Shown piece after piece: positions 21,553 to 35,761 of a DNA stretch of 64,000 bases. Position 1 is the stretch's first letter, and each line of letters begins with the position of its first letter. The DNA is from Prorocentrum cordatum. Taxonomy: Eukaryota. A program made the translations under genes and the position numbers. Below the pieces are notes generated by a model. That model was not told where the DNA came from and searched no databases. It saw only the letters and a program-made list of their open reading frames with translations. The stretch lies in the NCBI GenBank assembly GCA_963575745.1, contig CAUYUJ010000024.1, positions 1 through 64,000 on the forward strand, read 5' to 3'.

Positions 21553-24219
21553 ATGGGCCTGTGCGCGAGCGCGCCGGGACTGCAGGCCCCTGGAGATCGC
21601 CGGCCCAGGCCCAGTCTCGCGCTCCACGAGCAAGTTGGCGCCGACCGCTGGGGTATCACGAAGACGGACTTGCATCGGTTGCGCCGGGAGGTGGAAGCTG
21701 CAGTCGCGACAGGAAATATCGTTCGCACCAGCAGGGATATGTTCGACCCAGCAGACAGCGCAGTTGGCCCCAACATCTACACCGTCATCGACCAATTGAT
21801 CAAGCCTATGACGCGGTTGGATGGGCCTTCGGGCGGAGCCAGTTACGCTCTCATGCATCACCCAAATGGGATAGAATGCGAAGTTTTCATCACGCATGCT
21901 TGGGCTGAGGGAATATACGAGTTCATTGATCGAGTCCTTGCGTCTTGGCCCTGGCACAAACGCGGCGCCTATGCTTGCTTGTTGTCCAACCCCCAAAATG
22001 CTGATATCGCTGGCTTGGTTTCGGATCCCTTGTCATCGCCATTCGCCCGCGCATTGTCACAATCTACCCACATGATTGCGGTGCCGAATCGGAGCATCGG
22101 CATTTATACTCGTCTCTGGTGTTGCTACGAGGCCTATCTGGCCTACGCCTGGGGAAAGGAAATCTTCACAGCATGGACCCCGTTGTGCGCAAAGGCCGCA
22201 ATTAAAGCCGGAGGTGGTCCATGCTTGGCGTTGGCTTTCGTTGCGGTGTTGTGCATGGTTTGCATACCTGAGGACATGTTGCGCTCCGATTGGCCCCCAC
22301 ATGTGGTTTCAGCATGTTTCGCTGTGGGGTGCATTAGTACTGTGCTCGCTTCGTTTGCCATGCCAGGTTTGCGCCGCACTGTGCTCATATACATGTCCGC
22401 GGTGTTTACAGCTGTCGCCGGATATTTTGGGATTAGGCGCGTGATGCTTCCTGACACTCCGGTGACAGATCTTCTTTCCAGCACCGCATATGTCACTGTT
22501 ATCACGTGGGTGTGTTTTTTTGTCGTGCCTATGCTCTCAGCGATAGACGGAGTGAGATGGGCTCAACACAGGGCAGACCTTGCACGGCTTGGTCTTGGTT
22601 TCAGAGGCTCTATTCGTGGATCGTCGTGCGCAGTTGACAGCGATAAGGCGAACATATTCACTTCTATTGGGGACGAGGCGATATGCGTTGATCAATCCAT
22701 TCATGTGTTGTTGAAGTCTGGCATGTCCACCGCATCGATGCGAAGGGGCGCGAGCTTGGGGATCGCCGTTGATAGATTGAGCTTTGTTCAGTTGGGGCCA
22801 GCTTTCTGCTTGTGGGCAGCCTGGACCGCTTGCTGCTTAGGCATATTCAGGCCAGGAGTGCTCCAGCTGGAGTCCATAGCCGATTTAATATCGTGGCAGG
22901 CAACACAAATTATTGAATCGCTTCGCTCATTCCGCCGGCCCGTGATATGGCATCGCTGGTTTTTGTCTGTGTGTTCGTTGCCCATGTTGCGCTCTTGGGG
23001 GCGGGTGTCGTTCGGACGCGTTGCGTGGGGAGTTTTGATGGTGAAGCAGTTCCCTGGGGGTCGTCTCTCGATGGGGCGAAATAGAGTCGTCGTCAAGATG
23101 CTTCTTTGGGGGGCCTCTTGGGGTCTGTTGAGAGGCCGTTCGGGGGCGCCTGGGAGACATGTTTGAAGCCTTCTGGGGCTTCTTTTGGGCCTCCTGGGAG
23201 TCTCCTGGGGCCTCTTGGCGACATCTTGGGGCCTCTTGGAGGCCTCTTGGGGCCTCTTTGGGACCTCCTGGGCGCCTTCTGGGACGGAGGGCTCCATTTT
23301 TGAGTTCTCGGTATCCCTCCTGAGTCCCTCTTGGGCCCGTCTTGGGGCCTCTTGGTCCGTCTTGGGCGGCACTTGGGCCGTCTTGAGGGCTCTCTTGGGT
23401 CGTTTCGGCGCCGTCTTGGGAGCTTCGTGGGCCGTCTTGGAGCGGTCTTGGGGGCCTCTTGGGCCGTCTTGGAGCGTCCGGAAGCCGAAAAAGCCAGAAC
23501 ACAAAAAACATCGAAAAAACCAATGAAAATCAACGATTTTGGCCTCTTGGGGCTCTCTTCGGAGGCCTCTTGGAAGGCTCTTGGGGCGTCTTGGAGGCCT
23601 CTTGGGCTGTCTTGGGGGCCTTTTGGGCCGTCTTGGGGTCATCTTCGGCGTCTTCGAGCGCTCTTTGGGCGTCTCGGGGGCCTCTTGGGCAGTCTTGGGG
23701 GCCTCTTGGGGCACTCTGAGCGCGCTCTGGGGAGCCTGAGAGGCCGCACCCAGAAGGAAAACCATCTCTGAGTAGACTTGGTCGGGCGGCGACCGGGCGT
23801 TGGTCGGGGTACTTTTCGCCGGGGGACCCCCAGGGGCCGCCCCGCGCGCGCGAACTAGAAATACTGTTAATACTGTTAACCAGTTACCGGAGATCTTAGC
23901 ACGCCCTGGCCCGTTGGGCCGGCGAATTTACCCTGTGGTTCATATTATGCTGTTTTCTGTTTCTCCTCATGACCAGCAAACTTTCACTGTCTACGTCGCG
24001 CATCATCTTCTAATGCCTATGGTACTATTGGATGGTCTGCACCAAATGACGATAAATTTGCCTTCGATGTTTCAATCAACAGCAATTATGTACAATGTGT
24101 TCGGCATGCTGTCAGTCATGATCAGTGCCATAGGCTTGGGCAGACTGGCGTCCATTCCTCTGGTTGGAAAGCATTGCGCACGGTTGCTTGTCGGGAAAGC
24201 TCCGGCCCTTGAGATCTGA
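21553..24219 (+). pseudogene. Intronless HET/TIR-like domain plus multi-TM protein gene, disrupted by an insertion
   Basis: MGLCAS start; motifs FITHAWAEG, SPFARAL, YTRLWCCYE; hydrophobic segments; removing 22912-23928 gives the in-frame join ATQI|YPVV through to stop 24217-24219. Confidence 0.7.
22912..23928 (+). mobile_element. 1017-bp non-coding insertion with internal (ggggcctctt)-type repeats and a 3' GC hairpin
   Basis: AATT duplicated at both junctions; ends gcacgccctggcccgttgggccggcgaatt. Confidence 0.75.
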
Positions 24220-24699
24220 TATCCGCCCGAGCCGACGAACGAGCATCACGAGCGTTCCTAGCGGTACTGGTTTGTGGATGCCAGGCTGGTCATGTCCAGG
24301 CCAAACTAATCCCGTGTCGGCGTAATACGGATGCGACATTGGCTCACCATGCTTACGTCACATCCGCCGACCTTTCTGTCGTGGCAGCCGTGCGTTGGAA
24401 TCCGAGCAACGAGTGGTTGTGCAGTGGTGGAAGCAGTCTTAATCCTCAGTCCGAGCCGTCACGGCTGCCTGAAGGGGAAAGAGCATGTCAGAGCTGCTTT
24501 GGCAGCCTCACGGGCCGCTTGGGGGCCTTGGGGCCAGCTTGGATCGTCTTCCAGCCGTCTCGGAGTGCCAGAAGACATTGGACGATGAGTTTTATGAGTG
24601 TTCACGGGGACCCACCCTCGAACTCGCATATCGGAATAGAGGTATTCTAAGAGCGAGAACATCACGCCTGAAGAATTCGAAAGGGTAGGAGGATAGCGA

Positions 24700-24719
24700 T
24701 CGGTAACCATTTTGGCAAG
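24700..24719 (+). other. Relic dinoflagellate spliced-leader-like sequence
   Basis: tcggtaaccattttggcaag versus DinoSL DCCGTAGCCATTTTGGCTCAAG. Confidence 0.55.
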
Positions 24720-25289
24720 TGGTTGTTGGGCCAGAACCTGGCGTGCACAATGTCGGTCAGTGCGTTGTTCGTGCCGTTGTGAGGCTCGCGGCGAGGTCCG
24801 AGGTATGACGTTTCTCGATGCTCTCCCCGGGGCTCCCAGAAAGTTGCCGGTAGGGTCCAGGGACCGATTTTGAGCCCATCTCGGCGGGATATACATACGA
24901 ACTGTTTTTCAGATGCGTTCGTGGCTTGGTAGGTGTGGTCATACTATACACGTCATGGCCGATGTGCGAAAACCATGACCGAGTTATTGGCCATGGCCAA
25001 GCTCCCCCTCCCCATATCCAGCTGCTTGCGGCAAACCTCGCCACCTCGCCAGCGCAGCCTCGAAGTGTACGGAGGTTATGCAAATGTCCACACCGGGCCT
25101 GCCATGGTAGCACTATGTTTCCAGGGCGTCGGAGCATTTTGTGAGGCCCTGTTCGGGATCTCTTGGAGAGCATGTTTCTGAGTATCTTGGGTGCTTATCG
25201 GGGGCGTCTCCAAGGGCCCTCTCGAGGTCCTTGGGCCGTCTGGGAGGATCTTGGGACCATTTGTAGGGGTACTCGGGCCGTCTTGGGAG

Positions 25290-26620
25290 GTTTCGCCAGG
25301 CATCTTGCGCCCTACCGAACTGCGACGTCCCCATTCCGTCTAAATTCCATGAGTTGGGCCGCAGGTTGCGCCAGACACACCGCGCCCCACCGATGTGCGG
25401 TTTCACCACGCTGCCTATTTTTCCATAGGTTGCGCTAGAGGTTTCGCCAGACACCCCGCGCCCCACAGACTTGCGATTTCCCAAGTCTATCTACATTCCA
25501 TAGCTTGCGCCACACGTTGCTCCAATCCCCTCACGCCATACCGAATTACTGTGTCCCCACTCCGTCTATTTTCCACCGGTTGCGCTATAGGTTGTGCAGG
25601 ACACCCCGCGCCCCACCGAATTGCGATTTCCCCACTCTGTCTACCTTTCACAGGTTGCGCCAGACACTCCCCGCGCCCCACCGACTTGCGCTTTCCCCGC
25701 TCTGTCTGCCTTCCATAGGTTGCGCCACAGGCCTGCACCAGACGCCCGCGCTCCACCGACTTACAATTTCCTCATTCTGTATACATTGAATTGCTTGCGC
25801 CAGACACACCCGCGCCCCACCGAATTACCACTCTGTCTACCTTCCATTGGTTGCGACGTGGGTTGCGATATAGGTAATGCCAGACACCCCGCGCCCCTCT
25901 GAATTGCGATTTTCCTACTCTGTTTACCTTTCCATCGGTTGTGCCAGACACCCCGCGCCCCACCGCATTGCGATTTGCTCACTCTACCTACCTTCCACGG
26001 GTTTCGCCGTTGCGCCAGACTTCCCCCGCCCCACCAACTTGCGATTACCCACTCCGTCTACATTCCCTAGCTTGCGCCATAGGTTGCGCCAGACACGCCC
26101 GCGCCCCACCGAATCACGAGTTCCCCACTCCCCACCGTCAATGGCTTGAGGTTGCGCCAGACACGCCCTGCGCTTCACCGAATTGCCTCTCTGTCTACCT
26201 TCATAGGTTGCGCCGGGCTGTGCCTGGCACCCCGCCCCGCGCCCCACCGAATTGTGATTGCCTCCTTTGCGTCTATTTTCCATGGGTTGCGCCATGGGTT
26301 GGGTCAGGCACGCCCGCGCCCCACCGAATGGCGATTTCCCCACGCTGCCTGCCTTTCACAGGTTGCGCCAGACGCGCCCCGCGCCCCACCGACTTGCGAT
26401 TGCCCCGCGCTGTCTACATTCCATCGGTTGCGCCATGTGGTGCGCCAAGCACACCCGCGCCCCACCGAATTTCGATGTTCTCACTCGGTCTCCCTTGCAC
26501 GTGTTTTGCCATAGGTTGTGCCAGACCCCCCGCGCCCCGCCGACTTGAGTGTTCCCCACCTTGTCGGACTTCAATGTGTTGCGCCATACGTTGCGCCAGA
26601 CACCCCGCGCCCCACCAAAT
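25290..26620 (+). repeat. Degenerate minisatellite, 60-80-bp units (ggttgcgccagacaccccgcgccccaccgaattgcgattt)
   Basis: More than 15 recognisable units. Confidence 0.9.
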
Positions 26621-28447
26621 GGACAGTTTCCCGTCTGACATTATAGGGACTTCTTAGAGCATGTGTTTTTTAGGGATTGAAGCTCAAAGCTGTGCAATTG
26701 GGCCTGTTCCCTGCAGCACTGGCTGCAAACATGCCCAAGAGCGCATTGTACATATGCTATTCTGCCAGACAGGGCCACGAAACCCGTTGAACTTTTGAAC
26801 TTTTTGGTGTGGCATAGTTTGCGAGCGCCGACAGGTAAAGTATCCCGTCCGGTGATTTTCCAAGACACAAGAGGGTGTCTTAGTTGACCGATATTTGCTC
26901 CTTTTCATCCTCCGTCCTTCTGCCAGCGCCTGGTGTTGTGCGCCAGCATTCGCTTGATTCTGCGTCCTCCCGCGCACCCTCTTCCACTCCTTATCTTGTG
27001 CCTTCTCCTATTGTCTCCCCTAATGCTTCCCACTCCCCTTGGCTTGCTATGGGTATTCAAATTTCGCTGCAAGTCCAAAGGGATGATGTGCGTTGCACTC
27101 GTGCATCTGAGCGATGCCTCTTAGACCCTTGGCTCGTCTGTGATTTGCCCGTGCGGTCATGGGCTCACTCGGTAAGATTCCAACATTCCATGCAGCAGCA
27201 GCGCGACTCCCAGAGGCATGAGAGTAGCGCAGACCGCCGCCACCTGCCGCGTCTGGCCCTTGCCCACGCTTTGCGCCCTCACCCCTCGCCCCACGACTGT
27301 GACCGCCGGGCTTTGCGGCTCGAGAAATGTGGTCAGTTGCGTGGTGTCGTGGTCGCTTGCGTCTCCCTCCCGATTCTTCGGGCCGTGCCTGCTCTGCATG
27401 CGCTCGGCATAACCGCGGGAGTGGCTGCGCGCCCCGACGTCCTTGTGCCCATGCCTCTTCCTCGCCTGAGCACGCGCCTCTGCCTCAGCTGTCCTGGGAG
27501 CAGGAGCTGAGGAGGAGGATGAGACGGAGGAGGAGGATGAGAAGGACGGAGGAGGAGGAGGCGGAGGAGGAGGAGGGTGGAGGAGATGGTGAGGAAGCGA
27601 GGGAGATAGAAGAGGATGCCCTCCTCCTCCTTCTCCTCCTCAAGGGCAAGATCCCAGGCCTCCGATGGAGTGTTTTTTGCCTCAACTCGTGGCCCCCCAG
27701 GGCTTCCGACGCCGTCCCAAGGACCAGCTCTTCGTTCCGTACTGTTCTTGATGGCCCTGGGGCCCAGAAACTGCCCCCTCGGAGACCGAAATCGTGCTGA
27801 CAACGCAGGAATTGAAACAATGGCATCACGCCAGAGATCTCACTGAGCACTTTGCCAGCTTTGTCCGCGCCAGGGGGGGGGGCCCTTCCGGCACCACCCG
27901 GGCTGCCGGAGGTGTCGGGGGGGGGCTTTAAAGCCCGCTCCAATTTATTTCAAAATAGATGTAGACTAGTTATATTATAGTTGTGCAACAGCTGTACACT
28001 AGTTGTAGAACACTCATACAATCGATTTCCCAACTATTCCATACCTATTCCAGATTTGTTCCATATTTACTTCCGATCAACTATCCACTATCTATTTCAT
28101 GACTACTTGAACCGACAACTCAAAGTTGTGAGTCCAAATATGACAAAACATCCAGGGTAACAAAACCAAAAGTGAACATCCCAAACGCCTAATGAACCTA
28201 TCAAATATGAAAATCCCAGGGTAAGAACACCATAAAACGAACATCCCAAACACATCATCGAAATTCCAAACATGAAAGTACAAGGGGGCCGCGAGGTCCA
28301 GTCTCTGAGGGATGTGTGCCGAAATGTGCGCGGCAGCGCAATGCCGACCCTCGGACCCACTCGGCCCCCCCGTGGAACCCCGTATGGGGCCAGGAATCGT
28401 GTGACGGAGTGTGCCGAAATGAGCGCGGCAGCGCCCTTGCGGGCCCT

Positions 28448-28491
<44 letters not shown>

Positions 28492-28879
28492 GCCTGCGGT
28501 ACCGTTCCCTTTGGGCTAATGGGGGCACGAACCGCGTGAGGGGTGCGCAATTGGGGTTGACCATTTCATATCTATATATATATAGATGTTGTATTGGAAA
28601 ACATGTTTTGACTACAACAACTGGGCGTCATTGAAACTCGCATCAATTGAACATCTCGCATCAGTCATCGCCATGACAACCGCCAGCGCCAGTATCAACA
28701 TCATCATCGTCACTGCGCCCATGTTGGCACACCCCTCACACTGTTGGTGGCACCATATGGAGCTCAACCGAAGGCCCCAATTGAAGGGTTCGCATGGCGC
28801 CGCCGCGCCCAATTCGGCGCACCCCTGACGCGATTCGTGCCAATTGGGAACTCGACCGAAGGCCCTTATGGGAGGGCCG

Positions 28880-31800
28880 CAAGGGCGCTGCCGCGTTCAT
28901 GTCGGCGCACCCCATCACGCGGTTCCTGGCCCCATATGGGGTCCCCACGGAAAGCCCAAATGGATGGGTCCGCACGGTGTTGCCGCGCCCATTTCAGCGC
29001 AATCCTTACACGTTCTGTGCCCGTCGTCCAATCAGGAGCTCCACTGAATGACCCAACGGGAGAGTCGGCCTTGCGCTGTCACGTGCATGTCGGCACACCT
29101 TCACACGGTTCGCGCCCCCACGGGGAGGTCCACCGAAAGTCCCAGTGGGAGAGTCCCGACAGCGTTGCCACGCCCATTTCGGCACACGCCCTTCAAAGAT
29201 TCGACCTCGTGGCTCCTTGGGAAGATCGTCGTCGTCGTGATGTTCGCGGTCGGAGAGGTCGTCATCGTCGTTCTCGTGGTCTTCGTGATCGCCGTCGTGG
29301 CCGTGGACGTTGGCGTCCTCGTCCTGGTTGTGGCCGTGGCCGTTGTGGTCGTTGTGGTCACCATGGCCGTGATGGTTGTCGCCGTCGCCGTCGTCGTGGT
29401 CGAGGTCGCCGCCATGGATCTTGTCGTGGTCGTCGTAGTCGTCGGTGCCATCGTCGTGATCGAGGCCGTCGTCATGGGTGTCGTCGTGGTCGTAGCGGTC
29501 GTGCTCGTGATCGGTTTAGTCGTGGTCGTGGTCGTTGTTGTCGTTGTGGTCGTGGTCGTGGCCATGATCGTTGCCGTCGTGGCAGTGGTCGTCGGTGTCG
29601 TGATCTTGGTCGCCGTCGTCGGGGTCGTGGTGGTCGTCGTGGTTGCGGTCGCGGTCGTCGTCGTCGTCACAGCCGTCGTGAGCGTTGTCGTCGTCGTGGC
29701 CGTCGTCTTGCTCGTGGTTGTGGTCGTGGCCGTCGTCGTGGTCGTGGTCGTGGCCGTCTTCGTCGTCGTCGGCGTCGTCGCGGTCGCGGTCGCCGTCGTC
29801 GTCTTGGTTGTGGTCGCGGTCGTTGTGGTCTTTGTGGCGGTCGGCGCCATGGTCGCCATCGTCGCCGTGGTCGTGGGCGTGGTCGTGGTCGTGATCGTTG
29901 TTGTTGTCGTCTTCGTCGTCGTCATGGCCGTGGTCGTTGTCGTCGCTGCCGTCGTCGTGGTTCTGGTTGTCTGTGGGGTCGTCGCCGTTCGTCGTGGTCG
30001 TGACCGTCGCCAACGCCGTGGTCGGTGTCGTTGGCTCGGTCGTCGTCGTGGCCGCCGCGGTCTTGGTCTTGGCCGTGGTCGTCGTGGTGTTGGTCATGGC
30101 CGCAGTCGTTGTTGTCATGGTCGTGGTCATGGTTGTCGCCGTCGTCGTCGAAGACATCGTCGTCGTCAAATCGGTGTCGTGGTCGTTGTCGTCGTGGTCG
30201 TGATTGTGGTCATGGCTGTGGTCGTGATTGTAGCCGTCGTCGTTGGCCTCGTCGTCGTCGTTGTCGGTGTCGTCGTCATGGTCATGGTCGTGGTCACTGT
30301 CGTCCTGGTGGTGGTGGTGGTTGTTGCCGTGGTCGTCGTCACCGTCGTGGTCGTGGCTGTCGTCGGATGCGTCGCCGTGGCCTGGCCGTCGTCGAAATCG
30401 TAGTCGTGATCATCGTCGTCGCGGTCGTTCTCGTGATCGTGACCTTGGTCGTCGTCTTGGGTGTCGTCGTCTTCGCGATCGTTGCCGTCGTGATCGGCGC
30501 GGTCGTCGACGTAGTCGTGGTCGTAATCGTCGTCGGAACCATCGTCGCCATCGTCATTGTCAGCATCGTCGTCATCATCAGCATCGTCCTCACCTGGTCG
30601 TCGACATCCTCGTCGTCACCGACGCTGCCGTCGTCGTCGTGCTCGTCATCGTCGCTGGCGCCGTTTTCAACGTCCTGGCCTTCGTCTGCAACGACACTGG
30701 CTGCAAGAATCGTCGTCATCGTCGTCATATCCATCGTGTTGTTATCGCCGTCGTAACCAACATCGCTGTCCTGAGGGTTTGCGGACCTGCATGTTAGAAG
30801 CTTTTTGTGGAATATTTTGGCGATGAGAAGTGGGTGTATCACGCTAACTATGCCAACCTATAGTTATCTCATTTGATTTATATAGCTTACTATATGTATC
30901 ACTTGCTATAGTTATCAGTTATCCGTGTTAGCAATTTTGCTAACTATAGCTTGCTATAGTTAGCAAATTTGCAATGTGTAGCTTGCTACACGCTGCATGC
31001 TGGCAATGATGCAACATGGACGCTGCCATGCATGCCCCTTCCCATCGCCAAATTTGCCCCCCCCCCCCCAGAACACCTAAAATGCAGGTCCGCCATCCTT
31101 CCCGACAGCGACGTTGGCTACGACGGTGATAACAACACGATGGATGTGACGACGATAACGACGATTTTGACAGCCAGTGCCGATGCAGATGAGGGCCAGG
31201 ACGTTGAATACGGTGCCAGCGACGATGACGATTATTTCGATGACGACGAGGATATCGACGACAAGGTGAGGGCGATGCTGATGACGGCGACGATGATGAC
31301 AACGACGATGGCGAGGATGGTTCCGACGACGATTACGACCACGACTACGTCAGCGACCGCGCCGACCGTGACGGCAACGGACACGAAGACGGCGACAATG
31401 AAGACGACAACCGTGACCACGATTAGGACAGCGACCGCGTCGACGACGCCGATGACGACTACGACCACGGCGACGCCCATCACCACGCAGTCGACGACAG
31501 CCACGACCACGACGATGACGACGACGACAACAGCCACAACCACAACCACGACGGCAACGACCACGACCATGACCGTGACGAGAACGACAACGACGACGAC
31601 GATGTCCACGACGGCGACCGCAATCACGACCCCTGCCAAGACCGCAATCACGACCGCGACCACGATGACAACGACCACGACGTCGACGATGTCTTCGAAG
31701 ATGACTGACCGCGGCCATGACGACAACGACCACGACCATGAGCAAGACCACGGCAACGGTCACGACCAAGACCAAAACCACGACAACCACGACGACGATT

Positions 31801-32805
31801 GAGACAACGACCACGAACACGACGTTGGCGATAGTCACGACCACCACGGCGACAACCGCGCCGACGTCCACAACCATGACGACGCCAGTGACGATAACGA
31901 CCACGGCCATGACGACGAAGACGACAACAACAACGATCACGACCACGACCGCGACCACGCCGACGACGACGAAGACGACGACGGTCACGACCACGACCAC
32001 GACGATGGCCACGACCGCGACCCCGAGCAGGACGACGGCCACGACGACGACAACGCCCACGACGGCTGTGACGACGACGACTACCGCGACCGCAACTACG
32101 ACGACCACCTCGACCCCGACGACGACGATCAAGACCGCGACAACGACGACCACTGCCACGACGACGACCAGGGCAGCGACTATGACCACGACCACGGCTA
32201 CGACCACGGCTACGACAACGACCACGACGAACACGACCACGCGCACGACGGCTACGACAACGACAACGACCACGTCGACGATCACGACCACGACGATGAT
32301 TACGAGGAGCACTGCCACGACAACGACCGTGACTACAACGACCACGACGGCGACGGCGACCACGACGACGGCGACGACGACGACCATCACGGCCCCGGTG
32401 ATCACGACCACAACGATCACAACGACCACGGCCACAACCAAGGCGACCACGACCACGTCCACGGCAACGATGACGACCACGAGCACGACGACGACGATTA
32501 CGACGACCCAAGCATCATGACGACGACCACGACGACGACGACCTCCGTATTGCAGGGAGCCGCGAGCTCCAACATCCGAGGGGTGTGTGCCGGAACGGGC
32601 GTGGCAGCGCAGCGCTGCGGGGACTCCCACTTGGACTTTCGGTGGACCTCCTTGTGGGGGCACGAACAAAGTGAAGGTGTGCCGACATTTCACGGCAGCG
32701 CAATGCCGACTCCCGGACAGATCCATTGGGGCCTTCCGCGGAACCTCGTGTGGGGCCAGGAACCGCGTGATGGGGTGCGCCGAAATGAGTGCGGCGGCGG
32801 CGCCC
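28880..32805. repeat. About 3.9-kb foldback (arms about 28880-30840 and 31030-32805) with an AT-rich spacer
   Basis: Unique arm segments align as reverse complements (30643-30797 with 31075-31230; 28880-29220 with 32540-32805). Confidence 0.9.
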
Positions 32806-33019
32806 ACTCATGGGCCAACTTTTTCGTGGTATCAGTTTATACATAAATATATATGTATATATTTATTAATATATACATTTTTGTATATGTATGCATGTAT
32901 GTATGTATGTAAGTAAGTATGTATGTATGTATGTATGTATCTATGTTTGTTTGCATGTATGTGTATATATATATATATATGATTGTATATATATGTGTAT
33001 ATATATATATATATGTGTG

Positions 33020-33330
33020 TACCCGGGGACGTGGCTGGGGGGTCCCGCCCAGGGACCTCGGCGGGGCATGGGGGGCCCGGGGCCTTATTGTCCTTGTGTT
33101 TTTAACAAGTTTGCGGCCACCCAGAGCCACCAGAGCTCCGGGGGACGTGGCCGGGGGGGTCCCGCCCAGGGACCTCGGCGGGGCATGGGGGTCCCAGGGC
33201 CTTACTTAATGTTTTTACAAAGTTCTGCCGGCCCTGAGCCACCAGAGCCCCGGGGAACGTGGCTGGGGGGGTCCCTCCCAGGGACCCCGGCGGCGCATGA
33301 GGGGCCCGGGGCCTTATGCCCCCTGTGTTT
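33020..33330 (+). repeat. About 115-bp tandem repeat, 3 units
   Basis: ccggggacgtggc.ggggggtccc.cccagggacc near 33022, 33139 and 33250. Confidence 0.85.
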
Positions 33331-33461
33331 GTACAGGGTTTCGCCGACCCGGAGCCACCATAGCCCCAAGAGGTTGCAGGGAACTCCAGGGGCTGCTCCC
33401 GCCTGGTTCCCCAGGTCTCCCACAGGCCTGCCAGAGGCCTCCAGGAGAGGCCCCCGAAGCT

Positions 33462-34418
<957 letters not shown>

Positions 34419-35728
34419 TTGGTTTTCCCATAGTTTTTTCCACGTTTCTCTCCATGCAGCCTGTTCTGGATCCCCACGCTGCGTGGCAGCCTCAGAGGAC
34501 GCCCAGGCCGTCCCGGTTCGGCGCCAGACGCTCCCAACCTTGTCCCCAGATGGCTCCGCGCATGGGAGGATCGGCGCGCCCTAGTAGGGTCACAGAGCGG
34601 CCAGGGACGCTCCAAGATCCCTGCGACGCCGCCGATCACCCCAAGACAGCCCCCCGAGCGACTTCGTCGACACGTCATGCTTCCAAGAGGCCTCCCCGGA
34701 GGGCTCTTTGAGGCCTTGCTCTTTGTTTTTTTCAATGGTTTTCCCCATTTCCACTCATCCAGCTTGCTCTGCATCCCCGCGCTTTTGGGCGGCCCAAGGG
34801 GGTGCCCAAGCCGATGTGGTTCGGGCCCCTGGGGCTCCCGACCGCGATCCAAAACGGTTCCGCATGGGAGGGCCAGCGCCCCCAAGTAGGTTCCACGAGC
34901 CGGCAGAGTCGCTTCCAGGCCTGCGCGACGCCGACGATCGCCCCGTGACAGCTCTCCAGGCCACCTCGCCAGCAAAAGGGGCTTCCTAGAGGCTTCCCAC
35001 ATGGGCCCCCAGAGGCTCAGCTCCTAGCTTTCCCAATAGTTTCTCCAGGGCTTCTGGCCACCCAGCTTGTTTTTTTTTTCTCGACGGTGCAAGCTCGTCC
35101 TGCGGGCCCGCTGCGGCTCCAGAGGCTCTCGACCGTGCCCCATGACGGCACCAGAGGGCACCCTGACGGCTGAAACGGCGACAACGAGGAACCCCGAACA
35201 CCCTGACACGGCCGATTAGGGCCACAAGAGAGGCCCGGGGGCTTTTGCGGTCGCCAGGGGCGGTCTCGACACTACTGATTGCGTCCCGACGTCCCGCGAC
35301 CGAGCCCAAGACTTGTCACAGAGCCCAAAGGTCGGGGAGGAGAGGGAGGACGATGACATGGAGGAGGGGAACGATGAGGACGAGGAGGGGTAGGAGGAGG
35401 AGGAGGAGGAGGAGGAGGAGGAGGAGGAGGCGGAGGAGAGGAGGAGGAGGAGGAGGAGGAGGACGGGAGAAGAGGAGAGGAGGAGGAGAGGAGGAGGAGG
35501 AGAGGAGGTTGAGGACGAGGAGGAGGAGGAGGAGAGAGAGGAGGAGGGCGGAGGAGAAGGCGGAGAGGAGGAGGAATAGGCACGAGGGTGAGGGGGTGGG
35601 GTGGGGGTGCCTCCTCCTCTGCGTCGTCATCGTCTTCCTCCTCTTCCTCCTCCTCCTTCTCCTGCTCCTCCCCCTCCTTCCCCTGATCCTCCTGCACCTC
35701 CTGCTGCTGCTGCTGGTGCTGCTGCTGG

Positions 35729-35761
<33 letters not shown>

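Noticed and set aside
22788..23771. Overlapping Pro/Arg- and Gly/Leu-rich ORFs
   Set aside because: Products of the internal short repeats of the insertion
25290..26620. CRISPR-like array (also 46713-47520, 52621-53185 and 61555-64000)
   Set aside because: Inter-repeat segments are homologous to each other rather than unique spacers; no cas genes; eukaryotic context
26884..27510. 208-aa ORF and its antisense counterparts
   Set aside because: No recognisable motif, codon bias or splice signals that I can support
29048..32520. Mucin-like Thr-rich and Val-rich ORFs
   Set aside because: Translations of (GAC)n/(GTC)n palindrome arms
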